Positions 53,295 through 64,000 of a stretch of DNA of 64,000 nt are shown piece by piece; position 1 is the stretch's first letter; every line of letters begins with the position of its first letter. The stretch spans positions 3,188,711 through 3,252,710 of the forward strand of contig NC_069000.1 in the NCBI RefSeq assembly GCF_001194135.2, given 5' to 3'. This DNA is from Octopus bimaculoides. Its lineage: Eukaryota. Under the pieces are notes generated by a model, which saw only the letters and a list, made by a program, of their open reading frames with translations, was not told the DNA's origin and searched no databases. A program made the position numbers and the translations under genes.

Positions 53295-54557
53295 TTAATG
53301 AATAAGTGTAAATAATAAATTATAGACATAAAATGTAAACGTTCGCTTTTCAAGCATGCATAAGTATTTCACCTAGTTTACTGACATCGTCTTTATTTCT
53401 TTATCTACCTCTGTACCTACCTATCCGCCTACATCTATCGAGCTATCGATCTGTCTGTATGTCTGCTTATGCATCTGTCTAACTATCTGTATATCTCACC
53501 ATCTATCCGTCCATATATATATATATATATATATATATATCCATCTATCTGGTTTTTTATGCCTCTACGTATATAATTGGCTACCTACCTATCTATCTAT
53601 TCTTTATAACTATATATCTAATCCTTTTTTTTGTGTTCTCACTATGTATTTAGCTAACTCTATATCTAAACATCTATATGTCTGTCTCTCTCTGGTCTCT
53701 TTATCTTCGTATGAATCAATCTAACTATCGATGTCTGCCTGTCTGTCTATCTACCCTTCTGATTCTGTTCTATGTAGCTATATATCTAATCATCTCTTGT
53801 TCTCTCTATGTTTTTAGCCAACTCTATATCTACACATCTGTATGCCTGTCTATTTCTGGTCTCTATCTACGTACGAATCAATCAATCTATCTATCTATCT
53901 ATCTATCTATCTATTTTAGGTATCTACTTACCTAACCATCACTCTACCTTTCCATCTATCTCTACATATTTAGTTCATTTGCAAACAAAATGCATTGCTA
54001 GTTCTTGCTAATTCTTTGGAAATAATCAATAAGCTTTATATAAATAAGTAAATAAATATGTAAATAAATAAATTCATTGATAAATGAAGCAGAAACAAAA
54101 TCTAGATACAGAATAAAATTTCCTTAGATTGAGACAGATACAGCAGGGTGGTTATTTCAAATAAAAGAGGAGCAACTTGATACGGGGAGAAACATCAACT
54201 GCAACTAAATAAATCTTATGGCCTTTCTACCTCCAGGGGTTCTCCTCCTCTTAATATGCCCCTACGCAAAACTCCTTGTAATGAAATCCATTGTAATGGA
54301 ATCTATGCAAGAAAGGAGCGGTTCACTCTATCATATATATATATATATAACACTACAGAAATGACAGGAATGGAAATGTTTCTCTATACAGAAAGCTTGA
54401 GGGAGATGCTGTTCCTGCTAAGTTGGATTCGAAACAAAATTATTTCTTTCCTTGCATTTTTTTCAGTTTTTGTATTCCGTAAGAACGGCGTGTATTAACT
54501 TCTCAATATATATCTCTGTGCCGATGTTTCTGTGATATATATATATATAGAGAGAGA

Positions 54558-54637
54558 GTGGAGGCGCAATAGCCCAGTGCTGAGGGCAACAGAATCGCGG
54601 TCGTAGGATCGTTGTTTCAATTCCCAGACCAGTGTTT

Positions 54638-54640
<3 letters not shown>
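54558..54640 (+). mobile_element. tRNA-like SINE head (family 4) running into (GA)n
   Basis: GTGGAGGCGCAATAGCCCAGTG..GGTCGTAGGATCG..TTTCAATTCCCAGACC. Confidence 0.55.
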
Positions 54641-54685
<45 letters not shown>

Positions 54686-55094
54686 GCAGAGAGAGAGAGA
54701 AAAGCAGAGAGAGAGAAAGGCAGAGAGAGAGAGAAAGGGCAGAGAGAGAGAGAGAGAGATTATCTACTCCGTCTCACTTGTATTTAAATGAAAACGGAAT
54801 ATGATTGGCATTTCCCGTAATATTCGTGATGACGGAGGATAAAAATTGCTTTACACTCATGTATGTAGAAATTAGTTATATATATTAATTACGTAATTGT
54901 AGAATTAATGATGATTATTCCATACGAAACAATTACTGAAAGTAATTAAATTATGGACTATCTGCCACATTTATGCAAGTAGGATCAAAGCTAGATAGCA
55001 AGCAATTCCGATTGATGACGATTTTAATGTATTTCTATATTTACACACACACATACACATGGAAAATGTATATATGTATGTGTGTGAATTTTTG

Positions 55095-55470
55095 TGTGTG
55101 TATGTCACTGCACTCCTTGGCAACCGATGTTGGTTTGATTACAACCACTTATCGCTTCGGCAAAATAACCCGATATAATAAGAACCAGATTAAAAAGATA
55201 AAATGCTGGCGTAGCTGCGGGGTACAAAGTCTGCTTCCCAAAATAATGGCTCCAGGTTCATACATATGTGTATGTATGTATGTATGTATTTATTTGTGTG
55301 TGTGTTTTCCCCATCATCGCTTGACAACCGATGTTGGTGTTTACAGAGACCGATAGAATAAGTACAAGGCCTACAAAGAATAAGCCTTGGGATCGATTTC
55401 TTCGACTAAATGCGGTGCTCCAGCACGGCCGCACTGAAATGACTGAAACAAGAAAAAGAATAAAAGATAA
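55095..55470 (+). mobile_element. SINE family 2: tail fragment, then head, (TATG)n and tail
   Basis: GCAACCGATGTTGG..CGGCAAAA; GGCGTAGCTG..CTGCTTCCCAA..CCAGGTTCA; CATCGCTTGACAACCGATG..GCGGTGCTCCAGCACGGCCGCA..TGACTGAAACAAG. Confidence 0.8.
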
Positions 55471-56227
55471 AATTCTATGATCTGACTTTTATAGACCAAC
55501 AACGAAATATGAAAGAAAAAAGAAAAAAAGCATTATACGCGTAATAATGGATTGTTTTCGGCCAAAGATCTCCAAGTTTCAAAAAGCGAAAATTTACAAT
55601 GGACATGATGTATTATGTAAATGCTACATAATCAAACGGGAACCGTCTTCTTTCGGCCTTGGTATCGACAAGGATATTATAGATTCCTATTCGAGTTAAT
55701 TTCTGATTCCGACTTCCATCAATTGTACATTCTCTCTCATTGATATGATCACGGTCGGTGTGTTCTGCGTTGAACCCTTGCGGAATGGTATGCGATGAAT
55801 ATTAATAATGCCACACTATGCATTTACGGCATAATGGAGGCAGTTGCACCTGATGGATACACACACACACACACACACACATATGACCGCAGCCACTTGG
55901 CTGAAACACATAAATAAATAAATATATATACATACATACAGATAAATATAAGGGATTGCTGTGATACTTGTCGAAAGAAAAGCAACCATATGAATGTGTA
56001 TACAGATGTGTATGTGTTTGTACGGACTCACACACACACAAATAAATGGAGAGAGAAGGAGGAGAAGAAGAAGCAGAAGCAGAACGATATATAAAGGAGT
56101 TACGAAAGAAGGATGGGGGGGGAGAAGAAAGAGATTTTGATTGATTATTTGTCAGATAGGCAAGTAGGCAAATAGCTAGCTATTCATGGATAGATGATTT
56201 TTATACATTTGTGTATTTACACGCACT

Positions 56228-56264
<37 letters not shown>

Positions 56265-56567
56265 TTCATATATACGCCCACATATGAACACATATGTTCA
56301 TATGTGTGTATATATTATCTATATAGATTTGTGTACACATTCATATATATTCACATACACACAGTTTTCGTAATGTGTGTCTTTGACAAAAGGAGAGAGT
56401 AAAACAGAGAGTGGGAAAGTGAAAGAGATGGGCTTAATGAGATATATTGAGGGAATAGCAGTATTTTTATATCGATATCCTGATTGATAGAACGTTTGTT
56501 AATCCCTACATACACCTATGTATGTTTGTGCGCTTGTGTATGCTCGCATCTGTGTATGTTTGGATAT

Positions 56568-56612
<45 letters not shown>

Positions 56613-57143
56613 GAAGTCGGAGAGAGAGAGAGAGAGAGGGAGAGGGAGAGGGAGAGAGAGAGAGAAAATGTGGATAGAATACGTGTGTGAGTTTCTGTAA
56701 ATGTGTGTGCGTTTGTGAGAGTTTCAAGAGAATGAGCAAATGCTAATATCCGTACTTCGCTATCCTTAAACATCTAAGTCTAAATCTGAAGCCATTATGT
56801 TAACGTGAATCTTTTCAACGGAGGAATTAATAACTTTTATCTAATAGGAAACCATGGGGCAAAAGAGAAACATGTGAAGGTTTAGGAAGGGATGTTTGTG
56901 GTGTTTGTGTGGGGTGGCCAAAGTAATATGTTATGATGGTCATTGATTTGGTGGAAATGATAATTGACTTTCAGGATTAAAGGCAAGTCATTGTGAATCG
57001 GATTAGATATTTGGAAATGTTGCGATATAGTAATGGCGTCCATAAAATGGTAGTAAATTATAACAAAAGGCAGGAAGGACACACACTGACACACCAAATA
57101 CCCTCTTATCAATATCATATACACACGCATAGAAATGAAGTGA

Positions 57144-57255
<112 letters not shown>

Positions 57256-58844
57256 GAGTGAGCACAAGAAAGAAAGTGGATTTTATAAGTGGCGTCCATG
57301 ATCAGCACGTGCAGGTGTACTAACAATATGACGCTGGAGTCCATCTTGGTTTTTGATATTGGACGGTGCCCTATATTAATTAGATACATAACTTCCATTT
57401 ATTTATAAATCTCACTGACTATCAATCTATCTAAATGTCTGCGTCTATTTTTCTTGCTTTCACCACCCTTGTTTCTCTGTTACCATGTTTAAAATATGGA
57501 CACTGAGATTTGAAAATCTGCACACTGATGTATGATGTTGTTCATGGAAGGAAAAGAAAAACAATACTTTGATTGTAGACTAATCCATGTATGAGCTTTG
57601 CAGGGGTTAAACAACGTTAGTTCTAAAACATGAGTTCCGATTGAACGTTGGGCGCGACATAGTCGATTACACTCCCTCCTCCGCACTTGCTATACTTCCA
57701 TCCTTCCCCCAGAAACTGCTGGCCTTCACCCTGAATTTTAAACTATTATCATTATACAAGCAGCAAGCTGGAAGAATAGTTAACACACGAAACAAACTGC
57801 TTAGCAGCACTTCTTTTGCTTTTATGTCTTGAGTTCAAAATTCCATCGCATTCTACCTTGTGTCTCACCCTTTTGGGGCTCGATAAAATACTTCTTGTAG
57901 CAGTAGCAGCCAGCACACAGCGGCAGCAGCAGAAGCAGTAACAGTAGTAGTAATAGTACGGAGGGCGTGTGTTCCCACTGGCGGTGATTTCTGCATCGCT
58001 TTCGCATAACTATTATTATGGAAAGCTCCTTAATGACAAAGTGAAATTTCTATGCGGAGGTGATGAGTCTGTACTGTTGGTAGGAATGATTTACCCCTAT
58101 TACAAACTTTTATCATGTTCAGGCGACTAGCTTCAAATGTAATGGCTACCTTTTCCTAACCAAATTTGACATTGGGATTTTGTCAAAATGTTTAATCAGG
58201 CGTCAAGCTTTGTAAACTGAACAAGATTACCATTATTATTTACTATTATTATCATTATTATTATGAAAGCCTAACTTGCACGCCGTTCTTTTATGCAGAC
58301 AACGCTGTGCTATTGATTGTATGGCGGTTAACGAGGACACCAGTGGAGATGTAGAATCATTTCCCTTCTCACTGCTATTATTTTAGCGTTTGGGGACATA
58401 TAACGATAATAATAGTGAAGCACTCAGACTTTATTTCCAAATCTTCGTTAACCGCTAAAACACCCACACATCTGAAATATTGTGATTACTATGCACATAT
58501 TTTCTATTGGATCATAAATATGCTTGCGTTTATATATCTAAATAAATATGAACAATATTATATATTTCATAATAGAGATTGCTAAACTATAAACAGTTAA
58601 GTCCATTAGGTGAGTATTTCTATTGCAAAGCGAAGTATCGCCTTGTTAGAAGTCGATTTTATTTGTGATTTACGTTGGAGAAATAAACGAAATTCAGAAC
58701 AGCATCTTAACGTGCATCTGCATCATATGAGTTACTTCTGTGCTGTTGAAGGCATTGAACAGCAAATCGAGGGCACTGGTTCGTTTTTGATGTGGTCTTC
58801 TCTACAATCGGACATCTGATATTGTCCTTTCAGTGAAAACTTTG

Positions 58845-59096
58845 ACTAAGTGGTAACAGTATTCGGCTGAAGATCGTAAGGTCAAGTCTTCGATTTCCAA
58901 GCGGGCGAAAATTAGTTGTACCTGTATTTCAAATGGCCAGCTTTGTCACATTGTGTCACGCTGAATTTCCTTGAGCCACGTTAAGGGCACGCTTGGCTAT
59001 GGAGTAGTCATCCACTTGCAAGTTAAAACGACTTCCAGGCTGTTCCGTTGATCAGATCAACTGGAAACGCCATCGTGGTAACCGACAAAGTGCCAG
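58845..59096 (+). mobile_element. SINE family 3
   Basis: AGTGGTAACAGTATTCGG..GATCGTAAGGTC..GTACCTGTATTTCAAA..TGTGTCACGCTGAAT..GCTGTTCCGTTGATCAGATCAACTGGAA. Confidence 0.8.
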
Positions 59097-59577
59097 TTTT
59101 ATTGGCCTGACATTTTGGTTATACATACTCAGCAACAAGTAAATCAGTATTCCTTTCTTTCCCCCTTTCCGTTGTATCCATTTGGAAGCTATTTTAGAAT
59201 GGCATTGTTCTGCTGGCCGGAATGAGACCCACTAGTGTTAATCTTCATTCTGCGATTATTTCGCTAAGTAATCTTGGGTAGAATTAAGAGTATCTTCATT
59301 TGTTTATGTATGTTTTCAGAATCCTTCTGAAGCATATTTTATGTAACGCGTCTAGCTGTCAGTCGATATTCATGCATATTTTATATCGTAATTTTTTAGA
59401 TCTCTTCATAAGGACATAACCATGAGTCCATTATGGGATTAGTGACAGGTGAGGCGACAATGACATTACACGAAAGCATTTCATATTTGCTATTATCTAC
59501 AATCATTCGTCTCAGCCTAAGAACTTGTTTCAACGTTTCACCGATATCGCTATTTTTGTACATCATTCTATGTTATG

Positions 59578-59904
59578 TGTGAAGGCGCGTGGCTTAGTGG
59601 CAAAGGTATTCGACTCACGATCGTAAGGTCGCGAGTACGACTCCTGGCAGCGCGTTGTTTTCTTGAGCAAGACACTTTATTCCCCGTTATACTATTCGAC
59701 TCGGCTGGCAAAAAGATTTAGTACTTGTATCTCGAAGTATCAGCCTTGTCATATTTTGTGTCACACTGTATCTCCCTGAAAGCTACATTTTAGAGCACGC
59801 TTGTCTGTGAAGTACTCAGCCAGTTGTACATTGATTTTACGATCAAGCTGTTCCACTAAGCGGATCAGCTGGAATGCACATTGCCATAACTGACGGAGTG
59901 ACAG
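59578..59904 (+). mobile_element. SINE family 3, near full length
   Basis: GTGAAGGCGCGTGGCTTAGTGG (A box), tRNA-like head, CTTGAGCAAGACACT core-like motif, tail GCTGTTCC..GGATCAGCTGGAA..GACGGAGTG. Confidence 0.85.
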
Positions 59905-60392
59905 TTAGTTACTCTCTAATGTACAGCCTTTATCGGTGCAACCTCAAAGTGTATCAGCAGGGATTCAATAGGACCTGTCATATGCTCAGAATGATAAAGT
60001 TTTAAAGTACTGCATCGTGTGATGGCTATATTTTTTAACTAACATTCTGAAAGATTCATACAAATACATTTAACAAGTAATTTGTTATGCTATTTGAAAG
60101 AATCGCATGCTGTTTAATGTTGATTCACTGGAGTTGCAATGGAAGTATATAAGAATTAAAATAAGATTCTTATGAAAATTAAAAGCTGAGCGATTTACCT
60201 TTGATATTTAACAAACAGCATCTTGACTGTTTATAATTGGCTTGTATAGCGATATTTTCTAACAAATAAATCATTGTCAAATGTCTAGATTCATTATTTT
60301 TTTTATATATACAAGATGAATTCTGCGTGGAATCTCGTGCAAATGTTTCCTATCCGTCTCAGTTCGACTGAAGCCTTCACAGTTTTAGAGAC

Positions 60393-60651
60393 GGGCATAT
60401 GGCGTAGTAGTTACTAATCCCAAGATTCCAAGTTCGATTCCAGGCAGTAACCCGAATTATAATAATAATAATAACATCGAAAAATAACTTCGGAATGATT
60501 ACCCAGGTTTGACATTTCCCCCAGGATACCTGATGAAGGCTGGAGGGTATATCAGCCGAAACGTTGTGTTCATAACAAACAAGATGAGGACAAATATCCG
60601 TCAAACGTAAATTATGTACATGATTCCTCATCTCTTAAATACAGAACTGAA
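60393..60651 (+). mobile_element. Family A tRNA-hammerhead element with a 10-bp TSD
   Basis: Order: tRNA-like head (internally deleted), (AAT)n, ~50 bp, hammerhead, ~80-bp tail. TTTTAGAGAC is duplicated at 60383-60392 and 60652-60661. Confidence 0.85.
60524..60571 (+). ncRNA. Minimal type-I hammerhead motif, family A (core intact)
   Basis: GGATAC-CTGATGA-A-GGCTG(GAGGGTATAT)CAGCC-GAAA-CG-TT-GTGTTC. Perfect 5-bp stem II, 6-bp stem I (two GU pairs), ACGT palindrome, GUU triplet. Confidence 0.75.
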
Positions 60652-60879
60652 TTTTAGAGACTTGCCGAAAATTTTTCCAAGACCTATCATGTATTTAATT
60701 CAAAGGGGAGCCTTGTTATTAATTGTGTCACGATGGATCTGTCTGAGAATTTGGTTAAGGATACAGGTGTCTGTGGAATGATTCACCGCTTCTTACGTTA
60801 AGAAAGGCAACAAAAAATAAAAACCCTTCAGTGGTTCAAATGACTGAATATTTATCGTGGAAATCAACGGAGTACGTAT

Positions 60880-61042
60880 TTCATCCAATAAGATTTTTAT
60901 GGAAAAAAAAAATAGATTTAAATATAGCATAAAGTGGATCTCCATGGAATTTGAAATCAGAAGGCGAAGACGGACAGAATGCCACTAAGCATTTTTGTCC
61001 GGTGAGATAACGATTTTTTCCAATGCAACGCCACAAATAATT
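60880..61042 (-). mobile_element. SINE family 1, diverged
   Basis: GGAATTTGAAATCAGAAGGCGAAGACGGACAGAATGCCACTAAGCATTTTTGTCCGG. Confidence 0.7.
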
Positions 61043-61247
61043 GTGATGGTGATAATAACAACAACGATGCCAATTATAATATTTGGTACTATTATGGCAG
61101 TGTAGTTTATTGGCATCCGTGATATATTGTCTGTAATCAAACCCCATCACGTCATTAATGGAATTACAATGACTATTACGACTACATACACACACACACA
61201 CACACGGGTAATTACATATAAATATAAGCTACAATTATATTTACTAA

Positions 61248-61284
<37 letters not shown>

Positions 61285-61371
61285 GTATATATATGTATAT
61301 ATATACATATATATACATATATATCCATCCATTTATATGTATTCATTTGCGCACATTTGCATATTATATAC

Positions 61372-61483
<112 letters not shown>

Positions 61484-62131
61484 GCTTCATATATGTAAAT
61501 ATATACACATAAATACATACATATATAGAAATAGACGTACATTCACATACTCCAATATATAAACACATACACACATTCCCAAACACAAATACATATACAT
61601 GAAACAAACGAATAAATGTTTTAAAAAGTGCAATGAACAGCAAAAATTAAAAAAATATATATATAAAAAACAAACTCGAATGTGTCAAATCGTAATTCCG
61701 GTCTTAAGCAGATAAGCCATTATTACCGGCATAAATTAAGCCAAAGTGTTGCTCTCAGTTATCTCTACAGCAATAGCATTGTTATTTTTGCTACACTACT
61801 GCAATTTCATTGATTCGGACTGGAAACAACAAATATACAGCAGAAAATTTCATTAAAAATCATACTATAATAATAATAAAAAGAAAACCGTCCAAAATTT
61901 TTTATAGATAAGGGATGAAAATCGTAAAAATCTATGATTTACTATACTTAAATTCAAATTAAATTCTCGTAACCTACATATAAACTATTATAACGTTCTG
62001 TATTTCATTCGCAATTTATCTCTCTGTGATTGTCTCCCTTGTTCGACTCAGCATCCTCTCCATCCCTCGCGTCTTATTTTTCCATCTCTCACTCTTTCCC
62101 TCTGTATTTGTATGAGTCTGATCTTCCCCCA

Positions 62132-62180
<49 letters not shown>

Positions 62181-62811
62181 ATCTATCTGTCTCTCTGCCT
62201 ATCTTGCCGTTGCTACTTCTTTCTCTAAATCGTTCTCTTTGCAAAAATCTTTCTTTTATTAACAAATATTTGCTTGTTCATTTCGCTGAAATCATGAAAT
62301 GTATAATTTCTAACCTTTGCCCTTTGTGTTTTAAATTTGTCATTATTATTTGAATTTATTTCATTGTGTTTTATCGTTTTATTGTCTGATTCCTTTTCGA
62401 AATTCTGTAGCTTTTGTATAATACGTAGGCTAAATGATTGCATATAACTTAAATACGCACATATATGCGTATACATATATTTATACGTACAAACAGACAT
62501 CTATATATATATATATAAACATACAAACACACTAACATATATATGTATATAAATACACGTACATACACACACATCCATAAACACGCAGATATAAACACAT
62601 ACATATGTATATACATACACATACATGCATACATATACAATCATATATACACAGACACAAAAACACACACCCATGTACATACATACGCATGTATGCACAC
62701 ATTTACAATAATACATACGCAACAAATAGATATCCCTACATAGGAACAAGCATACATATATGTGTGTGTTTAGTGGATATGTGTTTGCTATCTACTTTTT
62801 CCTAATTATGC

Positions 62812-62854
<43 letters not shown>

Positions 62855-62861
62855 TGTGTGT

Positions 62862-62904
<43 letters not shown>

Positions 62905-62905
62905 C

Positions 62906-63371
62906 NNNNNNNNNNNNNNNNNNNNNNNNNNNNNNNNNNNNNNNNNNNNNNNNNNNNNNNNNNNNNNNNNNNNNNNNNNNNNNNNNNNNNNNNNNNNNNN
63001 NNNNNNNNNNNNNNNNNNNNNNNNNNNNNNNNNNNNNNNNNNNNNNNNNNNNNNNNNNNNNNNNNNNNNNNNNNNNNNNNNNNNNNNNNNNNNNNNNNNN
63101 NNNNNNNNNNNNNNNNNNNNNNNNNNNNNNNNNNNNNNNNNNNNNNNNNNNNNNNNNNNNNNNNNNNNNNNNNNNNNNNNNNNNNNNNNNNNNNNNNNNN
63201 NNNNNNNNNNNNNNNNNNNNNNNNNNNNNNNNNNNNNNNNNNNNNNNNNNNNNNNNNNNNNNNNNNNNNNNNNNNNNNNNNNNNNNNNNNNNNNNNNNNN
63301 NNNNNNNNNNNNNNNNNNNNNNNNNNNNNNNNNNNNNNNNNNNNNNNNNNNNNNNNNNNNNNNNNNNNNNN
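62906..63371. other. Assembly gap (466 N)
   Basis: N-run inside (TG)n. Confidence 1.
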
Positions 63372-63444
<73 letters not shown>

Positions 63445-64000
63445 GGGAGTTGTGTGTGTGCAGTGGAAGTGGGATGGTGAACATTCAACGCTGAAAAGAA
63501 AAACTCAAACAGTGCTTCAGATCTGTGTGAGTATATGTGTGTATGCGTCTGCGTGTACAAGGGAAGTATGTGAATGTTGTGTGAACCAGCGTTCTTTCAG
63601 TAACAGACGATGATCGATGTCACATCTAAAAAGACAACCACGAGATAACAAGTGTATTCGATTTACCATCCATATTTTTATATAAAATACTACAATTACC
63701 CTTCAATTTTGACGGCACGGCGCCAGCTAGTTAATGATAATTCATATATAATTTTTAGCATTAAGTATTTATTCTCTGTCACGCTACAGATTGCCAATAT
63801 CTTCAGAGCATATTAAAATACCACACAGGTTTCAAGAATATTTTATTTGAAAATAGTAAGTAAAACCAAGATAAAAGTTTAAATCAAAGTGTATGTGAAA
63901 GGGAAATTCCATAAAATATACTGGTTGACGTCTATAGTTAGTTTATTTTTATCTCAATTTAAGTAGATCGAATCCAGTGTAGATCGATTTTGCTTAACCA

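Overview
AT-rich, microsatellite-dense eukaryotic genomic DNA with five N-gaps, each flanked by simple repeats (short-read scaffold). The repeat families resemble those I recall from octopus/coleoid cephalopod genomes (recalled, not searched). I recognise no host protein-coding gene. Nearly all listed ORFs are translations of (TA)n/(TG)n/(CA)n/(AAT)n tracts or N-runs, so the window is intronic or intergenic. Identifiable content: many copies of at least three tRNA-like SINE families, a decayed RTE-clade LINE fragment (~2.8-3.2 kb), a mariner transposase 3' remnant (39.05-39.36 kb), two oppositely oriented mariner-derived MITEs (4.5-5.6 kb), a hAT-type MITE (47.7-48.0 kb) and a probable Helentron/HINE end (42.2 kb). 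The most interesting signal is six minimal type-I hammerhead-ribozyme motifs in four short non-coding repeat families (19.9, 41.7, 48.96, 49.15, 51.3, 60.55 kb). One family joins a tRNA-like Pol III head to an (AAT)n spacer and a hammerhead tail, and the 60.4 kb copy is flanked by a 10-bp target-site duplication. These look like non-autonomous, probably Penelope-like-element (PLE)-dependent ribozyme retroelements. Ribozyme activity and PLE dependence are inferred, not shown.
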